This document shows positions 47,485-58,792 of a stretch of DNA of 58,792 nt, in pieces. How positions within the stretch are numbered: the stretch's first letter is position 1; each line of letters begins with the position of its first letter. A program made the translations under genes and the position numbers. The stretch lies in NCBI GenBank assembly GCA_000182565.2, contig KQ257457.1. One strand, written 5' to 3'. Under the pieces are notes generated by a model. That model searched no databases. It saw only the letters and a list, made by a program, of their open reading frames with translations, and was not told where the DNA came from. The stretch comes from Spizellomyces punctatus DAOM BR117 (lineage: Eukaryota).

Positions 47485-50255
47485 TCACGGATCATTGGGT
47501 CCCCATCCCAAGACCGTACGAACAGGACACCACACAGTCAATGAGGGCGCAAAGACACGTCCATCACTGATATCCAAAGTAACAGGCCACTTGACGGTAA
47601 CAAAAAAGCTTCTCGCGGGATCACCGAGCATCCACCCTGCGCTCAAATAATCGGGAGTGGCGGTCAAGAGATAGAATGGGTTTCCAGGGGCTTTAAAACT
47701 CCCCGCAATGAGTTGAGCACCCGAGAGGTCTTCAATGTAAGGTTCGGGTGTACAGAATCGGAGTGAGGCCCAGAATCCGTTTAGGACTGGTGCGGTGTTT
47801 TGGAGGGTGACGTTGAATGTGACTTGAGAGTAGGCTGCGTTTGTTTGGAATGAGTTTGGTAGGATGCTTAATGTGCTTGTGCAGGCGTTTTCGGAGGGGG
47901 GTGGTGGGGGGAGGGCTGGGAGACAGGTTTGGGTTGGTGATATGGTGGTGGTTGGAGGTGCCGTGGTACGTGTAGGTGGGGTGCTGCCTTCGTTTCCACC
48001 TGGGATGGTTAATGTGGCTGTTGCTTCCGTTGTGGTTGTTTCGGTTGTGATGATTTGCGTTGTTGTTGTTGTTTCGCTTTCGATCACTGTTGTTGTGGTG
48101 GTAGAACGAGATGGAGGTGTGCTTCCCTCGTTTCCACCAGGGACGGTGATGGTGCGAGTGACTTCTTCTTCCGTAGTGGTAGTGGTTTCCACAGCAGGAG
48201 CAGTCGTCGTGGTTTCCGTTGGGACAGTGGTCGTCTCCACACTAGTGGTCTCAACTGACGTGGTTGTCGTTGTGGTGCGGGCCGGGGGTGTACTGCCTTC
48301 GTTACCACCAGGGATGGTAATCGTTCGTGTAACTTCTTCTTCAGTAGTGGTGGTCTCTACTGCTGTGGTGGTGGTGGTTGCTTCCGATGTGGTGGTCGTT
48401 TCAGCAGTGGTGGTAGTGGTACGCGCAGGAGGTGTACTGCCTTCATTACCACCGGGGATCGTAATGGTGCGAGTCACTTCTTCTTCAGTGGTGGTAGTTG
48501 TCTCGACTGCGCTGGTTGTCTCAGCTGTTGTGGTAGTGGTCTCTGCTGCAGTGGTCGTTTCAGCAGTGGTGGTCGTCTCAACGGCAGTGGTGGTCGTGGT
48601 GGTACGAGCAGGAGGTGTACTGCCTTCATTGCCTCCTGGAATGGTAATGGTGCGAGTTACTTCCTCTTCAGTAGTAGTGGTCTCAACAGCGGTGGTCGTC
48701 TCGGATGTTGTGGTAGTCTCTACAGTAGTTGTTTCCACCGTAGTGGTGGTTGCCTCTGCTGTAGTTGTTTCTGCTGCAGAGGTTGTTTCGACGGTGGTAG
48801 TGGTCGTGGTACGCGCGGGCGGTGTACTGCCTTCATTACCACCGGGGATGGTAATGGTGCGAGTGACTTCTTCTTCAGTGGTAGTGGTCTCAACAGCGGT
48901 GGTTGTCTCGGCAGTTGTCGTTGCCTCTGCAGTAGTTGTTTCAACGGTGGTAGTTGTCTCTGCTGTCGTTGTTTCTACTGCAGTGGTTGTTTCAGTGGTG
49001 GTACGCGCGGGAGGTGTACTGCCTTCATTTCCACCAGGAATAGTGATGGTGCGAGTGACTTCTTCTTCAGTGGTAGTAGTTTGAATGGCAGTGGTTGTCT
49101 CGGCTGTTGTAGTAGTCTCTGCTGTAGTTGTTTCCACCGTAGTGGTAGTTGTCTCGGCCACAGTGGTTGTCTCAGCAATGGTCGTTTCAGTGGTGGTCGT
49201 TGTGGTACGCGCGGGAGGTGTGCTGCCTTCATTGCCTCCAGGGATGGTAATGGTACGAGTCACCTCCTCTTCAGTGGTAGTAGTTTCCAAAGAAGTAGTC
49301 ACAGCCTCAGTAGTGGTAGTAGTCGTCTCAACAGGTGCAGACGTAGTCTCAACGACTGTAGTCGTTTCCGCTGTTGTGGTGGTCGTGATGGATGTCAAGG
49401 TAGCTGGAACGGTGCGAGTCGGAGGCGTACTGCCCTCATTTCCACCAGGAATGGTAATCGTCCGAGTGACTTCCTCTGTAGTGGTGGTTTCGACAGCCGT
49501 AGTAGTAGTGGTCTCAACAGTTGTCGTCGCCAAAGTCGTAGTCGTGCGCGTACAAGGCGCATCAGTAGCTTGAATAAAGATTTTAAGCGTCTCGAAAGGA
49601 GCAGGACTTTGACGTTTAACAAGCTGGTTTCGTTCCGGGTTATTCATGGCTTCAACGAGTTTCTCAAAGGGAACGTCCGTGGGGAGGGTACCGTACTCAT
49701 ATTCGTACACAATAGCCGATGGATCACGTTTAGAGAGTTGGTTTTGAACGAGACTGGGCTTGGAATCTTCGATGGGGCAGGCGACTTCATCCCATTTGAG
49801 ATGGACGCTGGTGCTGGAGGGTAACTCGAGGGCTTCCAATGCATCAGGGGAGAGAACCAATCGTCCACGAGGAATCTATTCAGAAAAAATAATTGTGAGT
49901 TTTTTTCTTAACGTTTCTGTGGGTATACTCTAATCACAAAACGAAAACAAACCTTTTTGGTCACATCCACAATCCTAACAACAACATTCAAACCCGTCAA
50001 CGTACTCGACACACGAACACACCTCCCACAAATACTCTGCGCACCACGAGGATCAGCACCAAATGCCGCAATAGGTACATTGCGAGTCCACGCAAAGTTT
50101 GGACAGGCATCGGGACCAATGAGGCGTGTCAAGGCGAAAGGGTAGTCACCGCCAGACATGCCTCGCCCGTGTAGACGGGTGGGGTGGGCCAATGTCATGG
50201 CTGCGGAACAGAGGAGAAGGAGGAGGGAAAGGGTGGGTGCGATGCGGGACTGCAT
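47485..50255 (-). CDS. Secreted mucin/adhesin-like protein: RlpA-like DPBB (expansin/loosenin-type) domain, Thr-rich repeats, C-terminal globular domain
   Basis: Signal peptide. CGRCVRVS..VVVRIVD..LVLSPDALEAL..LKWDEVAC across intron 49876-49952. KR sites. Nine copies of T(I/V)PGGNEGSTPP. Confidence 0.88.
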
Positions 50256-51568
50256 CTTGATGTGTTGACTTTTGTTTGAAACAAGAGGTGGTGTGTGCTT
50301 TGCAACTATCTACACAATCAAGACGAACGACCAATGTACACACACACGAAAAACTCTACGGAGGGAAATTCCAACACATATCCCTCCTATTTATGGTCCA
50401 AAACCCCGCACGAATCCATCACGGAATGACCCAATGGTAACTTCTTCTCGACCACGCCTTTTCCGGCTTCCACGACTTCTTTTTCACATTATCTGCAAGA
50501 CAAGAAAAGACTTCGAAGGTTCAGGGGCGGCGGGCGGGTTCCGCCTCGCGTTTAAAAAACATCTTAGAAGCTGCCACATGTATAAACTGATTCATTGCGC
50601 AGGTATATAAAAAAGACTAGCATGAATAAACGCGCGCGGTCGGAGTTGGAGAAGTGTGCTGCGCGTTTGGGACAAGTGCTCGAGACATTCAGTTTTGCTG
50701 CTTACAACAGTTCATAACCCTCAATCTAAATAGAACGTTTGCTAAAATGGGGCCGATCCGCAATTTAGGGTACTTTTGTAAGCTCTTCAAGCATATCCCC
50801 CAATAACGAATTGCGGTATTCCTTAATAACTCATCTGGAAGAACCCAACTACGCCTTACGTAAGGGTTGGAACCAACACTGTGCGCAGACCCTAATGAAT
50901 CATTCACTGAAAGAGTTTCTTTGGGATACATTGGTCGAATCGCAATACATCGATGAAGAGTTCTCGTGATGAGGTGTTTCAAAATTGCAAACGTTTTTCT
51001 TCAGAAGATACATGTAATTAGGCTCGAGAGATGCCAGATGGCACATGTTCAATCACGTAGGATAATAAGTATCTAGCTACAGTGGTCGTGACTTTCAAGT
51101 CTTCTAAGATGCAGTCCTTTGTTGATGCGTGTGCAAAGCAAGTAGTTGTTGTCACGTAGGCATCTTGTCTGTATTGTGTAGGCAAGAGTAACGGAAACAA
51201 TTCCGTGAGATCCACGCAAACAGAGGAACAGTGGATCCATTTCCTAAAAGATGGCATGAAGTGAGCAGAAAAGAGGAGCCTATCCAGTTTGATTCAAATT
51301 ATATCAACCCACAGGAGTGTAAGGCAACAAAAAAAAGTCATTAATAACGTTCGAAAAAAGACTAAAAAGATAATAGTGTCGCCAAGAGAGGGATTAATGC
51401 TGACTATGCTAGTTCAACCAACAAAAGATTACCAAAAAAAGAACAGTTTTAACCTGGCGCATAATATAGAGTTCAACACGTACGCCCTTGGAGCGTATAA
51501 TAGTAACTCCGGTGATGCGAGAAGGGTGGTAGTGCCGCCAGGTATTCTTCCCACCAAATAAACCGCAC

Positions 51569-52953
51569 CTAAATCATTTGAAATTGATCCTCTCCATAAC
51601 CTCGGGCCCACATCCGCTTAACAAACGCATTGTATACTCTTCGCCGTCCTTCCCCTCCATGAATCAAATCATACACGTCGCACATCTTTCGATACATCCT
51701 GTTCCTGTTTCTCATACTCGGGGATCTTGAGCAGGCAATGTGATACGATTTCCAGTCGATGGGTTCGCCAGTGTCCAAAACGGCATCAAATTGCTTGGCG
51801 CGCCGATTTACATCCACTGCAGTGGGGACCCAGGCCAGAGCAGCGCATCGCTTGCGATACAGTGCCTGTACTCCCTGCGGAAGCAAGCCAGTGTCTCCTA
51901 CAAGAAAGGAACGCCAAAAATGACTCGCTGATTGCAAATGAAGGAAACTGCGCTCGTCGCTGATGAGGAACTCAAGTATCGCCAGGATGATTTCCATAGG
52001 AAGTCTCGCCAAGTCATCTGAACGATGCTGCTGCCGCTGCTCGACGCCAGGAGTGCACTTTGTTGCAACCAATGGAAGCTCTGGAAAACGATCAGGTCTG
52101 GTAAGTAGCCATGCATTCTCCGGCCTATAATCGTCATCATTCATGAATCGGGGCCAGTCTCTTCCTCTTTCAAATGCTTCGTAATCAACGGACAGGCTAC
52201 CAAATGAGTCAACCGCTGCTATCGATGCTTCTTTAGTTCTTCTATTCCTGAAGTGGTGCTCCCGGTGCTCATCGTATTCTTCCTTGTTCTCATTGTTGAC
52301 AATATCTTCTGTGTTGTCTCTGTAGGCGATGTTACGACCCATGCAGGAACATTCAAGCAGAGATCCAGTAGGGCTCATGAAAAAGTCGCTTATACTTTCA
52401 CTATTTGTCCACTCCACCGCTAGCGAAAGACATCTGTGATGCACAATGACGGCCGACCCACTGAGGTAATCTAGGCCGGTATATTCTAATTGCAGAGTCA
52501 GACGACGCAGAAATGGAGTTGGTCAGTTTTCTGCACGAACCAGCGTCACCACTCGTGGAAAAAGGTCCCACAGGCGTATCTTCATCCGAGTCTTCTGCCG
52601 CATCTTCAAAATCCGGCAAGTAAACTGGGCCATAGGTGGCTTCCGGGATATCCCCTCCGTAAATCTCGTGCACCATTAGAACGTGACCGTCAACCATCCC
52701 GGGATAGGACATCATATTTGAGAGCAGTGCAACACCCCATTTAAACCTGTAAAAGTCCACGGACAAGTGTTGTGAGCAAACCGGTACAATGTCGCGGCGA
52801 TGATGTGAACAGACGAGACTCTTACCACGTTCCATCGCCATGCCGAAGACTATTAAATCCATCATTGTCCAATTCCTCACATTCCTGAATGTCCCTGTAG
52901 ATATCTGCGACCGGACAACCACAAAGACAACACAGGTGAGCGTGCGATGCCAT
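51569..52953 (-). CDS. F-box protein with N-terminal CxxCG motif (paralog B); 3 exons
   Basis: MASHAHLCCLCGCP. Same two intron positions as paralog A. F-box LARLPMEIILAILEFL. Shared WLLTRPDRFP and SPSMRNRNR. Confidence 0.85.
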
Positions 52954-54837
52954 GTTGAAAAGCACAAACCCGGTGAGTGTGAGATAACCAGTAAATATGA
53001 TATCGTGTGGCACAGTGATCATGTTTGAAGCCACAGCACAAATGTTGAAGATACTAATGGGGATGCGTGCGTGCACAATAAGACAAGAAAGCAAATACAG
53101 CTACAGTACGGAAGCACTTTGCTATATACCATATGATGTTACATGGTCTGGTAAAGGTCATTGTTTTCATTCTGGATTTCCAAACTACTGCAAAGCACTT
53201 GGGGCTCAATTCATGGCAGCAAAAACATTATCACTGGCCTTGATAATTGCTTATACAGTTAATAGCCATAAGGGGTCAGTCATTTTGGAATAACGTTCAG
53301 TATATTATGGCAAAAAAGGTGCACTTGGCAAATCCCTCCCTAGTCCGTCAAGTGGTCATTGCAGTAACAATTTCTGTCAAGGCAGGAACCGTGCGACCTT
53401 TATTGAAAATGTCTAACGATGGATAAACACGCCGAAAAGCCCAGATGCCCCGCTGTAAAAACTAGTCTTTCCAGAGAGACGAACCTATAAGGCCTAACTT
53501 GCACTTTATGCGATCAAGTTGCCCTTTTCGTATTTTTGTTGTTTGTTTGGCAGTTTTTGTATAGTAGTGCCTGCATATCGCGGATTTCGCACATTTGCAC
53601 ATTCGCAATGATTGGGAATGTTCATCCCTTCAAAGGGCACTTCATCCCTGGCTCGGTACAGCTATTCTAGTCCTACACACAAATCCGCAATTTCAACAAT
53701 GTATTCCCAGTCATTCAATGACTGTGAGACCAATGACCGGTTACATTTATGATAACAGGACAAAAAGTGTTTGACGAACACATTTTTGTTGATGTGTCTG
53801 TGTGTGTGTAAAGCAAGATGTTGTTGTCACCTAGGCGTTGTGCCTGTTTTTCTCAAAGGCAGATGGGAATCTTTAATCTTGCTAGCGCTAAAAGTGCACT
53901 CGAAAACGCTACTGCATGCATTGGCCAAAAGGCAAACCATGATACGTTGCTCAAATCCAAATACCATTTGCACCCCTGATTATGTCAAAGATAAAGTGAC
54001 CAAAAGAATCCCATTCAACATTATTCACAAATGCAGGATTACTATTCAGTAATTCGTATCATAATCTGTTTGAAAATGGTAGTTTCGGTATTTACTACCT
54101 GCGGGAATGATATGGGGCTTTGCAAGCAAGTTCATTTGCAAAAAACGAAAAAGTTGAAACCAAAAATCTAGTAAATTCCGGATCTACGTTCTCCTAATTC
54201 AGCAATGATCTATTGATGCTTTAGGTTGAGTCCTTGCTCATTTGTCTCTTGTATTGGGTTGAGTGATAACAATCTGCTTGATTCGCAACCCGCAATGGTA
54301 ACTTTCAGATTTTTGCAGAATACCTGTTAAACGAGTGCCGTTCACCCAAAGGGAGTGTTTGGGTCATTAGGATCATTGCAGTTTTGATATACCAAGAAAA
54401 ACCAAGATTTCGTTACCTTGAATCTATGGTTTGGAGCGTCGTTTGTGCGTTCGCAAATGATATGATTGCACAGATTTTATTATACATGTATTTATCACTG
54501 AGATGCATAGTTATTCAAAAGTAGAGTCTTGCCCCCAATATCTGTATGCAAAAATACTTATTCATGCATGACATGGATGGGTGGTTCACGTATCCCGTAG
54601 TGCAATCACACGACAAGTATACTGACAATTCAGGCACCGCAAAACAACCCTGCATATTTCACACTACTACAAACATGCGAAAGTCATATGATATATAATA
54701 TATATATATAAACAAAAAACATGGATATCCATCTACAAAATGTATAAAGAAATATATATATATACAAGAGTGCTAGATATATCTAATGTACGAAAAAAGC
54801 AAAAAAATAATCTAAAAATGTGGGAATGCACTCTTGT

Positions 54838-56565
54838 CTAAATCCCAGGAACATGCGAATCCACCACACACATGTCCTGATCCGGCGGCGGCGGCATCGG
54901 ACCCCCACTCTCCACCTCCCACACAAACCTCCTCACATTCTCCAACGCAACTTGAGAGCTCTCCAACCAACTCATGGCTTGAAATACGTGCACCATGTCT
55001 TTATACAATTCATGGCGCACCCAGGATTTGTGGGATTGGTTGTTGGGGTGTCCGGTATTTTGCGTGTCGTACTTGTAGGCCAATGCAAGGGATTCGTCAC
55101 GCAAGACTTCGGCGTCGCCGGCTTGGATGAGCATTGGGGGCAGGCCGTGGAGGTCTTCGGCGAATATAGGGGAAACAAGAGGATGGCGGACAAAGCGTTC
55201 GGCCGTATCGCGGACCACATGGGTAGGATCGTGTTTGGCGCTTTCGCTAGAAAGAGAAGAAAGGTAGGAGACAGGGCGGGAACAGTCTTGGCCATACAGG
55301 TACATATAAACTGGGTGCGGAACATGGTCAGAGACGGGAGAGTGAATGTCGCGGGCGTTGGCGGGGAGCCAGTCGTACTGGGCATTGGAGCGCCAAGAGT
55401 GGGAAGTAAATGTCAAGTCCACCCAGGGGCTCAATAACACGGATCCGCCAGGGAGTGGGACCTGGTGGGCACCCGTCGGGGTGCGGAGGTAGAGGTTGAG
55501 GTAGTTTAACAAGGCCATGGCGAGACCTCCGCCGGCCGAATCGCCCATGATGATCACGTCTTTGGGGTCGACGGGATCGTGAGTTACGGCAAGACCAGCA
55601 AAGGCGGGGTGGTGGGGTTGAGTGAGGTAGAGGTATCCTGCAAAAGCGTCATGGAGGGCGGCGGGGAAGGGGTGTTCGGGAGCAAGGCGGTACTGGACGG
55701 CAAAGACGCGTGCGCCCGTTTCTTTTGCAATGCGGCCGGTAAAGAGGCGGTAGAGGCGGGGAGAGCCGACAATGTAGGCTCCGCCATGGAGGTAGTAAAT
55801 GACTTTTTGGGGGCGTCGCTTGGGTGGTGATGGTGGTGTTTGAGGAGGTGATTGAGCAAGCCACGACGGCCACCAGGACGATTTGATGGGTTCGATTGAC
55901 GACGGTGTCTGATCCTCGAGCCATTCCCCTTCCAACTCGTACTCTCGGACAAGATCCTTCCAGTGCGCGGCCGTTTCGGGAGGCACTGTCGGGTACTGAC
56001 CGGCCTTTTTGCCTTGCCGCCAGGCATGCCCAAGTGCTTCGAATCGCAAGAGGACATCGCGATCAACGCGAAACGAGACCTCTGTCACTTTTACATGTGG
56101 CGGGGGACGGGATGCGCCGGCCGCCTTGGACAGAAGACGGACACGGGGAATGGAGGTGCCTTGAAAGATTAAATTGGAGCGAATAAAATGGAGGCCCATG
56201 TGCATGCCATAGTTCCAAGATGGACGAGCCGCACCGACTTTGGCCAGATCGTAGATGCCTGTTGCTACGGTGCGTACTTGGTGAGCACCAAACGACGCCA
56301 TGACGAGCATTTCATGGATAGCGGTCGTGAGGAGATGGGCAGAAGAACTGGAACTATTAGCAGCAGCAGCAGCCGCCGAACGAACCAGGTCTGTAGAGGA
56401 TTTGCGTGTTCTCAAATCCGTGCAAAAAGGCGGCACGTCACTGTCGCTTGGCTGTGCATGGATGCTCTCGTAGGGAGGGGGAATGTCGAGGTCTTGCCAG
56501 TCATGGTCGTCTGTAGGGTACTCTGGGCACCATGCCGATGCCAATGGTCCCAACACTGTCGTCAT
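54838..56565 (-). CDS. Alpha/beta hydrolase, HSL-family lipase/esterase; intronless
   Basis: YLHGGAY, YRLAPEHPFPAALHD, MGDSAGGGL, LSPWVDL, GDAEVLRDE and HVFQ. A TATATAAA at ~56702-56709 (minus strand) favours ATG 56565 over 56745. Confidence 0.93.
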   Translation of the reverse strand: MTTVLGPLASAWCPEYPTDDHDWQDLDIPPPYESIHAQPSDSDVPPFCTDLRTRKSSTDLVRSAAAAAANSSSSSAHLLTTAIHEMLVMASFGAHQVRTVATGIYDLAKVGAARPSWNYGMHMGLHFIRSNLIFQGTSIPRVRLLSKAAGASRPPPHVKVTEVSFRVDRDVLLRFEALGHAWRQGKKAGQYPTVPPETAAHWKDLVREYELEGEWLEDQTPSSIEPIKSSWWPSWLAQSPPQTPPSPPKRRPQKVIYYLHGGAYIVGSPRLYRLFTGRIAKETGARVFAVQYRLAPEHPFPAALHDAFAGYLYLTQPHHPAFAGLAVTHDPVDPKDVIIMGDSAGGGLAMALLNYLNLYLRTPTGAHQVPLPGGSVLLSPWVDLTFTSHSWRSNAQYDWLPANARDIHSPVSDHVPHPVYMYLYGQDCSRPVSYLSSLSSESAKHDPTHVVRDTAERFVRHPLVSPIFAEDLHGLPPMLIQAGDAEVLRDESLALAYKYDTQNTGHPNNQSHKSWVRHELYKDMVHVFQAMSWLESSQVALENVRRFVWEVESGGPMPPPPDQDMCVVDSHVPGI

Positions 56566-56784
56566 GAGATGTGAGTGGGGGTGAGTGTTAACGGGCGGGT
56601 GCAAGTGTGAAAAGGAAGCGGGTGTGCAAGTGTGAAATGAGCAAGTGTGAAATGACGAAGTGTGAAATTCTGGGGGAAGGGTGTGAAATGCACTCCTTCC
56701 CTTTATATACCCTGTACACTCAAATCCCCAGATCCAAGAGCCCATGCGTTACCGCAACCCTAATGTCCCCCCTGTACCCTGGGT

Positions 56785-57500
56785 CTTGTGTGTGTGTGTG
56801 TGTGTGAGGGGGATCTATAGAAAAAGAAAAATAAGGAAAAAATACACAAAACACACGAGACTGATAGTCAGGAGACTACAAGTGTGACAAAATGCCATGC
56901 GGGGAGAAGTTGATTTTCAAATGGCCGCTTCGTATAACAATTATCACATGAGGATGGGGGGCATTTCGGGCTCTCTTTTTGACACTCTAAACACTTGCAT
57001 GAATGTATTCACACATCACACACTCTCACACATACATACATACGTTACATACGTTACATACCATATGCGCATATGCAACTGATGGCAGGCAGAGAGAAGG
57101 AGAGAGAGCAAAGAATGTTGAAAGTGGGTGGCAATGAGAATCATGATCATAGACAAAATCTTGGCAAGTTGTTGTTTAAAGACTGTTTAAAAATAGATGG
57201 TCACGCTCTTGAAGATCTTCTTTCAAAACTTTTTCACACTTTTGCACTCTCTTTTGTTTGAATTCTCTCTCTCTCTCGTCCATTTGACTACTAGTAGAGT
57301 ATTCACTCCCACTCCCATTCACAGATTCACACACACGTTCATTTTCACTCTCTCTCTCTCACACTCACTCTCTCCAATTTCACACTCACACTCACACTCT
57401 CTCCAATTTCACACGATAAACATTTCACACTTTCACACTTTATATCACATGATCATAACTCTCTCACATTGAGTCATCCCCCTCTTTTTATATTGACACA
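56785..57500. repeat. Low-complexity intergenic region rich in (TG)n, (CT)n and CACACT microsatellite-like runs
   Basis: (TG)10 near 56787 and CT/CA-rich runs at 57260-57470. Confidence 0.7.
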
Positions 57501-57703
57501 CTGTCTCATGTCTCCTTGTCACATGTCATTCATTTTATTCTCTCTCACATGACACACTTGTAAGGGTTCGACTCACGCTCTTGACATTTATTTGTTTATT
57601 CTCTTTTATTTTTACATTTTTACATAGATTCTCTTGTCTCTCTATAGTTTTACATAGACTGTATGTATATATTATAGTACTATTACTAGTATATTAAACA
57701 TTT

Positions 57704-58792
57704 TCACTGCACAGTGCAAATGTCCCATTGCTTTCTCTTTTTGTTTTTTTTACCATTCATCCCATTATGCATCGCATTTCCACTCTCTGCACTTGCTCTT
57801 CCTGGCGCTCTCTCTGCACTTGCTCTCTGTACACCCGGCACATTGCTCACACTCGATACGAGCAGACACAACTCGCTCACTACAGCCCTCGCTTGACGCT
57901 CGCTCAACACGCTTGACCGGCAAAAGATTCCCACATCCACATTATCCCCTCTCTCGGCAATCTCCAGATCTATTTCCACGCGATGGCAATGGACAAGGTC
58001 CGACACGGGCGTCGTCTGTTGGAATGTTGCTGATGGAATGTGATCCAGCGAAGAGGCATTGACCTGAATAGCATCACGATAATGAGTATCTTTGGTTCTT
58101 TTGCATGCCTTTATAAACGAAAAATCTCACCTCTATGGCGTTAAACACTTTTTCCTCGTCTCCACCCTTTTGCTCAGCAGGAAACTTTAGGTAATTCACA
58201 ACAGTATTACTCTTTGCACTCGGCACCCACTCGAGCACCTCCCGCATCTCCACCTGCGCCATCCCACTCATTCTCACCAACTCGTCCTGAATCTCTCGAG
58301 CAACCTCCATCAAATCCCTCCCAGCATCTCTCGTCTTGAACGGCACAATGTTAAAGCAAGGCGCAACCATGACATTGATTCCATCTACTGGCACCGTCCG
58401 CCCAGAATGGTACAATCCAAACACCGGGTCCCGCACGCCCGTCATCTTGGACGCCAAGTGAGACCATGCTGCGAGAAACAGAGCGTGCAAGGTGATGCCG
58501 TGCCGTTTGCACACGGCTTCATAGTCGGTTACATGGACGAGTGCGTTCCGCACGACGAGGCGGGTTTGGTGACGGGTGCGGAACCAGGTGCGGTTGCGGG
58601 GTGTCACGAGGGTCGGTTGGCTGTCCTTGAGCAGCCTTTTCCAATACGTTTCGAGGTCTGTCTTGTCTTGATTATACACGTATTCCACAAAGGCCTTTGG
58701 TGATGGTACAGCCTCATTGGCAGGTCCGTCGACAGGTGCGTCGACTCGCGCTGATGCTTCAACTACTACGGATGCACCGACTTGTTGCATCG
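57704..58792 (-). CDS. 3' end of a non-ribosomal peptide synthetase: terminal condensation domain, resembling ferrichrome-type siderophore synthetases; partial
   Basis: ETYWKRLL..GITLHALFLAAWS..DPVFGLYHSGRTVPVDG..APCFNIVPF, one intron, then VEIDLEIAERGDNVDVGIF. The gene continues beyond the window. Confidence 0.85.

Noticed and set aside
47864..49824. Long Val-rich plus-strand ORFs
   Set aside because: Antisense shadows of the Thr-rich mucin codons.
50650..51560. Possible gene remnant between the mucin and F-box B
   Set aside because: Only short coding-like patches, with no family assignable.
56566..56745. 60-aa N-terminal extension of the hydrolase ORF
   Set aside because: It contains a TATA-like box and low-complexity repeats, so it is more likely promoter/5'UTR.

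Overview
Left end of a chromosome from an intron-rich zoosporic fungus, probably a chytrid. This is inferred from the (CCCTAA)n telomere, short GT-AG introns, the axonemal gene CFAP57 and fungal-type CDC42, ceramidase and NRPS genes. The first ~17 kb is a decaying subtelomere. It holds a ~6 kb pseudogene of a killer-toxin-type (subgroup C, zymocin alpha/beta-like) LysM-CBM18-GH18 chitinase, head-to-head with a disrupted secreted ricin-B/bulb-lectin gene. It also holds a pair of inverted non-coding homologous elements around an SGNH hydrolase, an F-box gene followed by an interstitial telomeric tract, and an MFS relic. From ~18.6 kb the genes are mostly intact: a Pirh2/RCHY1-like E3, alkaline ceramidase, a secreted surface protein, an NSUN-type m5C methyltransferase, CFAP57, a membrane protein, two identical tRNA-Thr(AGT), CDC42, an RNF216-like RBR E3, a single-pass membrane protein, PrpF, a DPBB-mucin, a second F-box paralog, an HSL-family hydrolase and the 3' end of an NRPS. 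The top leads are the chitinase-toxin/lectin gene pair, a ~14-exon spliced-looking locus with no ORF between two minisatellites, and a 9-nt micro-exon carrying the NSUN catalytic cysteine. All exon structures and family assignments were made by eye, with no database searches.
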